Shown here in pieces: positions 22,973-31,905 of a DNA stretch of 64,000 nucleotides. Below the pieces are notes generated by a model. That model was not told the origin of the DNA and did not search any database. It saw only the letters and a list, made by a program, of their open reading frames with translations. Origin of the DNA: an uncultured Chloroflexia bacterium. GTDB taxonomy: Bacteria > Chloroflexota > Dehalococcoidia > GIF9 > UBA5629. Each line of letters begins with the position of its first letter. Positions within the stretch are counted from its first letter, which is position 1. The DNA is taken from the NCBI GenBank assembly GCA_963775935.1, contig CAVZKR010000004.1, positions 84,550 through 148,549 on the forward strand, read 5' to 3'. The translations under genes and the position numbers were made by a program.

Positions 22973-23081
22973 ACTTTGGGGTTTTACAGACGTGTTTTAG
23001 GTTAGCTATAACTTCGTCTTTGGTTACGTCTGAGTCGTAATCTTCAAGCTCTTTGGGTTCAAGGTTTTTTGGTTTCTTCAT
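22932..23081 (-). CDS. Small 49-aa ORF antisense-overlapping the transposase 3' end
   Basis: MKKPKNLEPKELEDYDSDVTKDEVIANLKHVCKTPKSKPENKPPSEASS*; start overlaps end of 23059-23337 gene. Confidence 0.4.
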   Translation of the reverse strand: MKKPKNLEPKELEDYDSDVTKDEVIANLKHVCKTPKSKPENKPPSEASS

Positions 23082-23337
23082 CTTCACTAATACCTAGCTT
23101 TTTTTCTATACGCTCAAGTCTCTTATTAACATCTAATTGCTTTTTGTCATCTTTCCTAAGAATAAAAAGCATTAAAAGACCGATAATAAAAAAGGTTGCA
23201 GAAATAATAAAGCTACCTGAAATCAATTGTATAGCTCCTGAATTTGGGATAACCCACGAAACAAAATCTTTAACAATACCCAATAAACCATATAGGGTAA
23301 GAGCAAGTGAAGTAAGGAATTTAAAGGAATTCCACAT
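23059..23337 (-). CDS. Small two-TM membrane protein (IS passenger)
   Basis: Two hydrophobic segments then charged coiled tail. Confidence 0.55.
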   Translation of the reverse strand: MWNSFKFLTSLALTLYGLLGIVKDFVSWVIPNSGAIQLISGSFIISATFFIIGLLMLFILRKDDKKQLDVNKRLERIEKKLGISEDEETKKP

Positions 23338-23422
23338 CCTCTAATTCTATCATACATTGTCATGTATTTGTCCTTTTATTTGTGATAGAATAGTTGTAGA
23401 TATTTTCAACAGGATAAGTAAT

Positions 23423-23749
23423 ATGCCAATCCGCAAGAAATGGACTAAATTAACGCCTAAAAATATAAAGAAAGTCCCAAAATCTCCAGGCGTGTATGAA
23501 TTAACAAGTAGAAATAAGAAAGCTCCAATAGATATTGGTAAAAGTGAAAATTTACAGAGACGGCTAAAGGAAAAGAAGAAATTACGCAAAACAGCAACAC
23601 ATTTCAGATTTGAATTTCCTTCTATGCTTGGTACAGCAACGGAATCAGAAGCAAAGCACAGTAAGAAATTCCAAAAGAAACATGGCCACAAACCAAAACA
23701 GACTAAGCGTTCTCCTAAGAACATACTGGATGCCCTATTCAACTTATAG
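23423..23749 (+). CDS. GIY-YIG nuclease-like small basic protein (IS passenger)
   Basis: VPKSPGVYEL...IDIGKSENLQRRL...E pattern resembles the UvrC N-terminal GIY-YIG domain (YIG appears as DIG). Confidence 0.65.
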   Translation: MPIRKKWTKLTPKNIKKVPKSPGVYELTSRNKKAPIDIGKSENLQRRLKEKKKLRKTATHFRFEFPSMLGTATESEAKHSKKFQKKHGHKPKQTKRSPKNILDALFNL

Positions 23750-23939
23750 ATATTTCGTTTCCATTACGAGATACTCTCATTTTACTGTCTATTCTCTTTA
23801 GCTCTTTCTTATTCTTGTATTTGAGTCCACTTAACAAGAGATTTCTCGTCATTGGAACGGCTTTTTGAGCTTTATGAGTTATAGATTCTATTAACTCATT
23901 TTTGGTCATATCCTTTTGGTTACGTACTTTTAATGTCAT
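23739..23939 (-). CDS. Small basic hypothetical protein (IS passenger)
   Basis: 66-aa ORF with GGAGAG RBS. Confidence 0.55.
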   Translation of the reverse strand: MTLKVRNQKDMTKNELIESITHKAQKAVPMTRNLLLSGLKYKNKKELKRIDSKMRVSRNGNEISIS

Positions 23940-23998
23940 ATATTTACTCTCCTATCTTATGTTAAAATAGACATATCTTTTGTTGTTGGAGGTGGAAG

Positions 23999-24166
23999 AT
24001 GCCCGGATTGTATATACAAATCAGGTTTATTTGTCCTCATTGTGGTCATAGTAAATTCCATATGCGAAAAGGCTTTCATATTTATGCACGTTTTATATGT
24101 CATAATTGTACTGGAACATTTTTCAGGGCTAGGGAAATAAGACAAAAACCACTTAGAAAACATTAA
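23999..24166 (+). CDS. Small zinc-ribbon protein, 55 aa (IS passenger; not in ORF track)
   Basis: GGAGGT RBS; MPGLYIQIRFICPHCGHSKFHMRKGFHIYARFICHNCTGTFF... with CPHCG and CHNC pairs. Confidence 0.6.
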   Translation: MPGLYIQIRFICPHCGHSKFHMRKGFHIYARFICHNCTGTFFRAREIRQKPLRKH

Positions 24167-24203
24167 TGTAATAGTCGTAATTAATTTCTTGGAGGTATGC
24201 AGA

Positions 24204-24458
24204 ATGAGAACTAAATACGTATACCAAATTAGCACAACTCTTTTTGAGTTGGATAATGACAAAAGAATAGAGAGTATTGCCCCCGATGAATGGGCTAGAA
24301 TCACAGATGGCAAGTTAAAGAATTTAATTAGTGAATGTGAAAAAGAATGGAGTGAGTCAGATTTTGAAGCGATTTCGCACGATATATTACCAGTTGGCAA
24401 CAAATTATTACTATCCATTTTATTTCGCATTACATTGAGTAATAAGAAGATACTCTAA
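24204..24458 (+). CDS. Hypothetical protein (IS passenger)
   Basis: GGAGGT RBS at 24191, 84-aa ORF. Confidence 0.55.
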   Translation: MRTKYVYQISTTLFELDNDKRIESIAPDEWARITDGKLKNLISECEKEWSESDFEAISHDILPVGNKLLLSILFRITLSNKKIL

Positions 24459-24707
24459 TTACTTTTTAGCAGCACGAACCATTTCATATTCAGTCCATGA
24501 CCTATAATGTCCATCTCTAGTAGGAATAGTATGTGTTATTTTCAACCTAATCATTTTAGGCTTACGTGTGTCAACGGGTACATCGCTTATTATAATGTCT
24601 CTCAATTATACTTCCACATCTGGGAATGAGAGGAGGTGAATATCGGGGAATAGTACCTAGCTGTTATACATTATCCACATAAGCTGCTTTTTCAATGATA
24701 AGGAGGT

Positions 24708-25802
24708 ATGCAGGTGAAACACTATAAGTCTTTAATGATTACAACTACCGTATGTCTTATTCTAATTGCTTTCGTATTGATTTCTTTAGCGGGTTGTACC
24801 GCACCAACTTCTACATCCAAGCCTGGCACAGCGACATCAGGAACAATAGAACTGAAATGGGCATGTTTTGATCCGCCACAGGCTTTCCCAGTCGGCGGAA
24901 TTATGAAACCATGGGCAGAAACCCTGGCAAAGGAAAGCAATGGCCGAATTAAGATAACCATTTATCCCGGTGAGAGCCTGGGCAAGGGTGCAGACCAGTA
25001 TCAAATGGTGAAGAACCGCGTCTGCGATATAAGTAATATAATAGCCGGTTTTACCCCTGGTCTCTTTCCTTTAGCCGAAGCACTTGAGCTGCCGCACTTG
25101 TTTCCTTCTGCTGAGATTAACGGTAGGGTAAGTACCGAAATATTGAATAAATATGCTGCTAAAACTGAACTGAAGGACGTAAAATTGCTCTGGGTCCTGG
25201 GCATGACCAGTCAAAATCCCCAATCTTCCAGAGAGCTTAAGAAACTCGAGGACTACAAAGGTTTAAAGACGCTGGCCGAGGGGAAAATCGATGCTCAGAT
25301 TATAGAGGCTATTGGTGGCTCTCCAGTACCTATGCCTATGCCCGAGGTCTTCACTGGACTCCAGACTGGGTTAATACAGTGTGTTAATATGTCCTGGGAA
25401 GGAACTATGGCTTTTAAGATTCATGAAGCTACCAAATACCGGGTGAAGTACGACATGTACAGTAAATCATTTTTAGTGATCATGAACCTAGCCGTCTGGA
25501 ACAGCCTGCCCAAGGATATTCAAGCAATCTTCGAGAAAAACGGTGGTCCTGACCAGGGGGCACTCTCTGGAAAAGCTTTTGAAGATGCTTGTAATGGTAT
25601 TTTAATGGGGCCAATAGGTGAATACGATAAAAAGATGGGAAATCCTGGGCTTTATGTCCTGCCACCAGACGAAGCCGCGAGATGGACAAAGGCTACTGCT
25701 CCCGTGATTGATAGATGGATAAAAGAAAAGCAAGATAAAGGTCTCCCGGGCAAGGCAGTAGTTGATGACATAAAGAGTCTGGTACAAAAATATTCCAAAT
25801 AG
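24708..25802 (+). CDS. dctP: TRAP transporter substrate-binding lipoprotein DctP
   Basis: Lipobox LAGC, ESNGRIKITIYPGESL, TPGLFPL, WNSLPKDIQ. Confidence 0.92.
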   Translation: MQVKHYKSLMITTTVCLILIAFVLISLAGCTAPTSTSKPGTATSGTIELKWACFDPPQAFPVGGIMKPWAETLAKESNGRIKITIYPGESLGKGADQYQMVKNRVCDISNIIAGFTPGLFPLAEALELPHLFPSAEINGRVSTEILNKYAAKTELKDVKLLWVLGMTSQNPQSSRELKKLEDYKGLKTLAEGKIDAQIIEAIGGSPVPMPMPEVFTGLQTGLIQCVNMSWEGTMAFKIHEATKYRVKYDMYSKSFLVIMNLAVWNSLPKDIQAIFEKNGGPDQGALSGKAFEDACNGILMGPIGEYDKKMGNPGLYVLPPDEAARWTKATAPVIDRWIKEKQDKGLPGKAVVDDIKSLVQKYSK

Positions 25803-25819
25803 TTAATGGGAGTTGGCGT

Positions 25820-26320
25820 ATGCTCAGTAGAATAGCTGACTGGCTGGAGCATTTACTTGCTCCAGCCAGTCGAATAGCTAACAACATCGGTATATCCATG
25901 CTCATCGTACTGACAATTTTGACAGTGTTTAACGTACTTATGCGCTTTATTACTGGTATGTCATTTACACCGATGAAGGAACTGTCAGAATATGCCCTCA
26001 GCATACTGGTATTCCTCACAATTCCCTATTGTGCCATCCGTGGAGCTCACGTGGTCGTGGACCTCGTTACCATGCATTTATCTCGCCGTACCCAGGCGAG
26101 AGTAGAAGCTGTAATTTGTTTATTATCGGTGGTGCTATGTGGCCTAATAACCTGGCAGTTATTTGTTCGTGGGATAGCAGCAATGAATAGCGGTGAGGAA
26201 TCTACCATGCTAAGAATCTGGCTCGCCCCATTCGTTTTTATTGCCGGTATTGGGTTTCTGATGCTTGCTTTGATATACCTGATGCAGTGGCTTCGTGTTC
26301 TTAAGGAGACAAGGAAATGA
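25820..26320 (+). CDS. dctQ: TRAP transporter small permease DctQ
   Basis: 4 TM, NVLMRF, AHVVVD. Confidence 0.9.
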   Translation: MLSRIADWLEHLLAPASRIANNIGISMLIVLTILTVFNVLMRFITGMSFTPMKELSEYALSILVFLTIPYCAIRGAHVVVDLVTMHLSRRTQARVEAVICLLSVVLCGLITWQLFVRGIAAMNSGEESTMLRIWLAPFVFIAGIGFLMLALIYLMQWLRVLKETRK

Positions 26321-27627
26321 GTTTTACCGGACTGGCTATCCTGGTACTTGTCATTGTTCTAGTACTTATGTTTTTGCGGATGCCTATTGGTCTGGCTATG
26401 GCACTTGGAGGTTTTGTCGGCCTGTGCTTGATTCGTGGCGTGCCCGCATCTCTGTCAAACATTGCTGTTGTTGCTTTCCGACAGGGAAGTTTTTATATGA
26501 TGACCGTTATTCCCCTCTTCATCTTCATGGGCATACTCGCTTCTTATGGAGGGCTCAGTGAACGTGCTTTCTTTTGCATTAACAAGTGGATTGGACACCT
26601 TCCCGGTGGTTTAGCCATGGCAGTTTCTGGAGCCTGTGCTGCTTTTGGTGCCGTATGCGGCGATCATATTGCTACCGCAGGTACTCTATTGCAGGTGGCC
26701 TTACCTCAAATGCGGAAATGTAAGTACAAAGATGTGCTCTCCCTGGGCTGCATAGCCAGTAGCGGTAATCTGGGTATTCTTATCCCTCCCAGTTCAGCCT
26801 TTATTATCTATGGCATCGTCACCCAGGAATCTATCGGCAAGCTTTTTCTGGCTGGCATACTTCCCGGTATCCTCATGATGTTATTGTTCTGGGTGGCAAT
26901 TTACATCTGGGTTAAATTGGATCCACAGGTTGCCCCCACCAGCCCCAGGGTAAGCTGGCCGGAGAGATTGCGCTCTCTTAGTGGTTTGTGGGAAATACTG
27001 GTAGTTTTTCTCCTGGTAATGGGGGGCATCTATACAGGGGTTTTTACCCCCACAGAGGGAGCTGCCTGTGGAGCAGCCGTAGTACTTATTTTTTGTATAG
27101 CACACAGGAGCCTTAGCTGGCATAATTTCAAAGCTGCTCTAAACGAGACAGGCCAACTAAGCGCTTTGATTTTCCTCCTGATCATCGGGGCTATGATTTT
27201 CAGCACGTTTCTGACTGCAACTGAAGTTGGCATGAGGATGGCTGAGTTTATTGAAAGCTCACACGTTACTCCCCTGGTTGTTCTCATAATCATCCTGGTA
27301 ATATACCTTATCCTGGGCTGTATAATGGATATTTTTGCAGCCATTCTGGTTACCTTACCCATCTTCTATCCTTTGATACTGGCTCTGGGATACGATTCCA
27401 TCTGGTTTGGCGTCCAGATAGTAATTATGGTATGTATCGGCTCGGTGACACCTCCCGTAGGCTTCCTTGTTTTTGCAGTGAAAGGCATGGTTAAAGACGT
27501 ACCTTTGTTCACCATATTTAAAGGTACGGTACCCTTTATTATAGCCATGGTAGTCTGCGATATTATCCTGATAGCTTTCCCCATAATCTCGGTAATCTTA
27601 CCCAAACTTATGATGGGGCAATTGTAG
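26317..27627 (+). CDS. dctM: TRAP transporter large permease DctM
   Basis: PGGLAMA, GNLGILIPPS, FTPTEGA, TPPVG. Confidence 0.93.
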   Translation: MSFTGLAILVLVIVLVLMFLRMPIGLAMALGGFVGLCLIRGVPASLSNIAVVAFRQGSFYMMTVIPLFIFMGILASYGGLSERAFFCINKWIGHLPGGLAMAVSGACAAFGAVCGDHIATAGTLLQVALPQMRKCKYKDVLSLGCIASSGNLGILIPPSSAFIIYGIVTQESIGKLFLAGILPGILMMLLFWVAIYIWVKLDPQVAPTSPRVSWPERLRSLSGLWEILVVFLLVMGGIYTGVFTPTEGAACGAAVVLIFCIAHRSLSWHNFKAALNETGQLSALIFLLIIGAMIFSTFLTATEVGMRMAEFIESSHVTPLVVLIIILVIYLILGCIMDIFAAILVTLPIFYPLILALGYDSIWFGVQIVIMVCIGSVTPPVGFLVFAVKGMVKDVPLFTIFKGTVPFIIAMVVCDIILIAFPIISVILPKLMMGQL

Positions 27628-27807
27628 AGAGCAAGAAAGAGTACACAAAGGGCAAAGTGCCTCAGGGCGAATATACAAACCACATCTAAGTCAAGAGTGA
27701 TAAGATTTGTTTTGTGTCCAATCTCATAAGCATTTGGATATTAGTGCCTGTATAGCTTGAGGGACAAACTGATCCAGTGATAACACTATGCCTGAAATAG
27801 TAAACCC

Positions 27808-28021
27808 ATTGGTTTGAATGGATTTTTAACACTATCTTATGACGCCATAAAGGAGACAGTAGCTGCGATGCAAGCGGCTGGCCTTCGCGATAAGGCAAAA
27901 ATCATGATTGGCGGTGGCCTGGTCGATGATGAAATAAGGAAATACACTAGAATCTGATGCTTATGGTCGAGATGCCATGGCTGCCGTTACCCTTGCTAAT
28001 CAGTGGCTTAAAATCAAGTAA
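27808..28021 (+). pseudogene. C-terminal fragment of a cobalamin-binding corrinoid protein
   Basis: IGLNGFLTLSYDAIKETVAAMQAAGLRDKAKIMIGGGLVDDEIRKYT/(frameshift)DAYGRDAMAAVTLANQW; no N-terminus or DxHxxG motif upstream. Confidence 0.75.
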
Positions 28022-28056
28022 CAATTCTCACAGCAGACTGGGAAGGAGCAAGCAAA

Positions 28057-28185
28057 ATGGTAAATGCTACTGATAAAACACATGAACAACTGGAATTATG
28101 GTGTTCAGCAGTGGGTATTGAGTTCATCAATAAGGAAGCAGAGGAAAACTATAAGAGAAGAACAAAAAGAATTGCCGATGCTGAC
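28057..28185 (+). pseudogene. N-terminal fragment of a UroD-family (MtaA/CmuA-like) methyltransferase
   Basis: AGGAG RBS; MVNATDKTHEQLELWCSAVGIEFINKEAEENYKRRTKRIADA, truncated before the expected PDRVP motif; follows the corrinoid protein fragment. Confidence 0.55.
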
Positions 28186-28258
28186 CCCACCCCGCAATTT
28201 AGTCCATGTATAATTAGATTCTTCCGGTGATGGATAAGTATTAGTCACCAGAAATACG

Positions 28259-28678
28259 CTAGAATTTAATATAATCATAATAACCGAGTATCCCTACTAT
28301 AATCAGTATTATCCCAATAATAAGGACAAGGGGTGCTAGTAAGGATGCAATACCCCAGTACATCCAGGTGCGCTGTGTTCGCCGAAACTGCTCTATACTG
28401 TCCCATTTTTTAGACTGCCAGGCCCATTCATTGCCTTTCACTCCAAGAACTATCGCCACGGCCAGTCCCGCTATTGGGATTGGTATCAATGCCAATAGCG
28501 CCAGCCATACTTTGTTACCTATACCCCAGATCCATGTCAATAAGAAAGCTCCCCAATTCCAGCCTTGAAGTTCAGGAGGTACTATAGCTGAGAACCCTTG
28601 CCCTGATGTATTTAGCAGAGCGGTATCGGTTTTTGCGCTGGGCGAATATTGCTGTGTAACGCTGTCGTTATATATCAT
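28259..28678 (-). CDS. Membrane protein with WNWGAF..WIWGIGN motif
   Basis: NTSGQG..VPPEL.GWNWGAFLLTWIWGIGNKVW, GNEWAWQSKKWDSIEQF. Confidence 0.8.
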   Translation of the reverse strand: MIYNDSVTQQYSPSAKTDTALLNTSGQGFSAIVPPELQGWNWGAFLLTWIWGIGNKVWLALLALIPIPIAGLAVAIVLGVKGNEWAWQSKKWDSIEQFRRTQRTWMYWGIASLLAPLVLIIGIILIIVGILGYYDYIKF

Positions 28679-28742
28679 TTGCTTCTTTCTGATTTAACAT
28701 AGTCCGATTCGATGCAAGGGATAATTGCATAAATATAGAACT

Positions 28743-30497
28743 TTATGGAAGTTTGAACCAATCAATCTGATCTATTCTCGTTGCGCCTTCAGCTATGGCA
28801 CAGCGAATGTTTATCCTGGAGGGAATCCCATATTCTTTTCTCGGCATCTTAATTTCTATAGTGTCTTTTAACGAAGCAATAACTACCCACCATGCGTCCT
28901 CTGTCTTTGAGTTATTTTTATCAATGGTTTTATCGAGTACCCAGCAATAGCCGCCCGGCCTGAATCCGAACTCGTATTCAAAAACCCTGTCATTATCAAA
29001 ATCAATATCCACAAAGTACATCTTTTTTAGAGCCGAATCTACATTGTCGGTTACCTGGATTGAGCTGTAGACATACTGGTTATCCATATAGCCTTTTACC
29101 GTCTTGATGTCACCGGCTCTCTTGTCTTTCGCTTGTGGCAATATGTCACCCACCGGGTCCTGGATCAGTACAGTCGTGGCTGGCCATTCATTGAGCACTT
29201 TGTCCTGCAGCACATTGCTTACCTTAACCGAGTCTGCGGTTATGCGTTTCATGCTCTCGCGGATAGTAAGGTCTTTCTTTATATCTATATCGTAAAGACT
29301 ACACGTCCAATTGCGCATGCCAGCTATAAGGGCACTGGTATTTATGGCTGTTTCAATATTAGGGAAGGGACCGCGCAGCGTGCCATTATCAATAGTGAAA
29401 ACCATGTCGTTTTCCCGAACCAGGCATACGGCATGGCCAACTGCAGTATCAGCAGCGTTCATGGCTATAAAACCAGCCCCGAAACCATCAGTAAATAGAT
29501 TCTCATACCGGTATCCGTTTATTATGAGACAATGTTGAGCGAAGACTGTCATGTCATTGCAGATCCCTTTTTTGGATGCAAACGTCTCAGAAGCGGGAAC
29601 TAGCTGGGCATGTCCTGCACTTCTTAACCCTGCTGCTTCTGATTGATCATACTTGATGTTATTCGTCATAAAAAGGCTTAGTAGCCTGGGGCTGCTTAGC
29701 CTGTAGGCAACAGTATTGAAATCCTGCCACTTATCTGACTTGAAGTCATTGGACATGGTGGTGGTTTTCCAGGCAGTAGTGACCAGTCTCCTGATATTGT
29801 AGTTAGCCAGAGGATCTTCTTTATCAAAATCCTTATCGTAGGCTATCCAGAGCAAAGCTTCCAGCGCTCCAGCGTACTTTCTCTTCTCTTTTATGCCCTC
29901 GTTTAGTAGCTGGTCAAATGTTTCCCTATTCCTTGGATTTAAGGCGAGAAAAGCGATATCCCTAATAGCTTCATCGTCTCTGCTGTCAATTGCAGCCAAG
30001 TCAGGCAATTTCAGCAATTCTTTATGCAATTCAGGATAAGAGCTGGCCAGTACATCGAGCAATTTTTTACCGCGTTCCGTCACGATAACGTAGCCTGACC
30101 AAGGGCTTATCTGAATCTGGTAAACTCCCGGAGTTTCTCGGGTAAAAGTGAACGTCAGTCTTTCTGTCGCTCGAGAGCTCAGTTTCAATTTTTTGGACTC
30201 TATCGCGGCACTATTGATTATTAAGGCAACTGAACTTGTCCCAGATATATCTGCGGGGTTGGTCACGTCAACCGTAACCGTGATCGGTTGCTTTACTTCA
30301 ACAACGGCTGGACTAATAGACATGTTTGCAACAGCGAAATTGGCTGTTTCCTGTACCTGAGGAACGCCAGGCTTAGCAGTGATTTTGACGCAGGCACATG
30401 CCAGTAAAATAATAATAACCAGGATAATGATGATAGAAGAGGATTCCCTTACTCGTCTTTTCACAGAACCACCGCATCCTTCCAAAATATGCTGCAA
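28743..30497 (-). CDS. Exported CARDB/Ig-like plus transglutaminase-like domain protein
   Basis: Hydrophobic N-terminus with LACAC, Ig-like TVTVDVTN..G, then KGICNDMTVF...GHAVCLV..DNG Cys-His-Asp pattern. Confidence 0.7.
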   Translation of the reverse strand: MQHILEGCGGSVKRRVRESSSIIIILVIIILLACACVKITAKPGVPQVQETANFAVANMSISPAVVEVKQPITVTVDVTNPADISGTSSVALIINSAAIESKKLKLSSRATERLTFTFTRETPGVYQIQISPWSGYVIVTERGKKLLDVLASSYPELHKELLKLPDLAAIDSRDDEAIRDIAFLALNPRNRETFDQLLNEGIKEKRKYAGALEALLWIAYDKDFDKEDPLANYNIRRLVTTAWKTTTMSNDFKSDKWQDFNTVAYRLSSPRLLSLFMTNNIKYDQSEAAGLRSAGHAQLVPASETFASKKGICNDMTVFAQHCLIINGYRYENLFTDGFGAGFIAMNAADTAVGHAVCLVRENDMVFTIDNGTLRGPFPNIETAINTSALIAGMRNWTCSLYDIDIKKDLTIRESMKRITADSVKVSNVLQDKVLNEWPATTVLIQDPVGDILPQAKDKRAGDIKTVKGYMDNQYVYSSIQVTDNVDSALKKMYFVDIDFDNDRVFEYEFGFRPGGYCWVLDKTIDKNNSKTEDAWWVVIASLKDTIEIKMPRKEYGIPSRINIRCAIAEGATRIDQIDWFKLP

Positions 30498-30603
30498 AGT
30501 TATTCACTTACGTGTCAGTTGGCTCACGGCAATACAGCACCTATCTTGACCCATTTGTCTGGCGGTGTCAAACCGTTTTTTGAAGCATTCATATGGTACC
30601 GCT

Positions 30604-30675
30604 GCACCAAATACAAAATTCTGCGATCTTAATTAATAATTCACGGGATTGGGTGCAGGGTATTCCTTTGCGAAA
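30604..30675. repeat. Repeat family C copy 1 (related to family A)
   Basis: GCACCAAATACAAAATTCTGCG..AATTAATAATTCACGGGATTGGGTGCAGGGTATTCCTTTGC; homologs at ~44990-45062 and ~50352-50425. Confidence 0.7.
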
Positions 30676-30690
30676 TACCGAGTAATACAC

Positions 30691-31464
30691 TTACTTCTGG
30701 CAGGTCCCTTGATTGCATAATTTTGCAGGTGGTTTGCATATTGTGCAGGGTTTATAACCACGGGCTAAAGCACTGGCTACTGAAGCAAATGCGAGCCTAT
30801 ATTGATCACTGATCAGAACAACCAATGCGCACGATGAGTAATGATAGGTTTTTGACTTAATGTTGCCAATGAATGTTCCCGGAATTGGTGCTGTGTTATC
30901 TAATTCATCTTCCAGTGACCATAACCCTTTTCCTTCATGTTGTGCCTCAATTTGTAGTTTTACAAAGAGATTATAATACTTTCGGTCTGGTGGACATGGT
31001 ATGACTTGGGCATAGCCTTGCCTAATAAGTTCAGCATTTATCATGGTATCATTTACCCATACATACCTGAGTAAGCTACCTCTTTTATCTGTCTCCGACA
31101 CATCTTTCTCGAGGTAGATAGTCTTACCATTAACGAGGTCATAGTTTTTCTTATAGGCTTCTTTAGAATAATACTCTTTCGCATCATCAAGATGAAAGGG
31201 CGCAGGTACGGCAACACCTATATAACGGATTACGTGTAACTGTCCATTTATATTTGCCTCGATGGCGGTTTCGTCCAGAACCCGAGTAACATTACCCTCT
31301 GCTAAAGCAGCTATTGATGTTTCTTCTGAGGCTGTTAGCGATTTTAAGTCGGTTGATGTAGCGGTGGTCTCATCTGGAGAAACAGCAGTAGGTGAACAAG
31401 CTGCACCAAAACAAAGCACCAAAAGTACATAACAAATGACTACGGCACAATAATATTTACTCAT
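30691..31464 (-). CDS. Thermonuclease (SNase) lipoprotein with C-terminal Ada-type metal-binding domain
   Basis: VTRVLD, IRYIGV, LEKDVSETDKRGSLLRYVW, INAELIRQGYA, GKGLW; tail GNIKSKTYH..C...GYKPCTICKP. Confidence 0.85.
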   Translation of the reverse strand: MSKYYCAVVICYVLLVLCFGAACSPTAVSPDETTATSTDLKSLTASEETSIAALAEGNVTRVLDETAIEANINGQLHVIRYIGVAVPAPFHLDDAKEYYSKEAYKKNYDLVNGKTIYLEKDVSETDKRGSLLRYVWVNDTMINAELIRQGYAQVIPCPPDRKYYNLFVKLQIEAQHEGKGLWSLEDELDNTAPIPGTFIGNIKSKTYHYSSCALVVLISDQYRLAFASVASALARGYKPCTICKPPAKLCNQGTCQK

Positions 31465-31619
31465 TTTTATATGTATTGCAGATATAGTATAGGCATAGCG
31501 CAAAGCCAATGTAAATAGGAATAAAGTACCAGTTATGTGCACTGAATGGTTTCATCCACCTCTTATGTTAGGGTTATTAGAATAAAAGATTGCAGAATCA
31601 GATTGAAATGGCTTTATCT

Positions 31620-31647
31620 AAATCCGATAACATCTGTTATATCACTG
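31620..31647 (+). other. dif-like (Xer) site candidate
   Basis: AAATCCGATAA-CATCTG-TTATATCACTG: 11-6-11 architecture with GATAA/TTAT inner arms; XerD arm deviates from TTATGTYAA. Confidence 0.35.
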
Positions 31648-31905
31648 TGTTAAATTTATAATTTTTGTGGAGCTATTTATCGATTGAGGAAGTGGCCTCA
31701 ACCATATATATTTTGTAGTAACGTATGCTAACCTGGCTAACCTATCGTATTTAAGGGATGAATAAGAGTGGTTTGGACAGATCGCGAGTGGCAATTAGCG
31801 TTGTTGTATTTCGCCCTTGATTGGAAATTTGAGGTCTTAATTTGGTTCAGAGTGTAAATCTAGTTTTATTATTTAAGGTTGAAACCTGTAAACCTCCGTA
31901 GGTAA

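Larger units (their letters stand above)
22038..24587 (+). mobile_element. IS1595-family element (2,550 bp) carrying passenger genes
   Basis: Terminal IRs AGCGATGTACCCATTGACACACGTA (22038) and TACGTGTGTCAACGGGTACATCGCT (ends 24587), 1 mismatch; 8-bp direct repeat TATTATAA at 22030-22037 and 24588-24595. Confidence 0.95.

Noticed and set aside
23957-24430. 157-aa minus-strand ORF within the IS1595 cargo
   Set aside because: Overlaps two plus-strand ORFs that have good RBSs (one with zinc-ribbon motifs); composition does not look protein-like.
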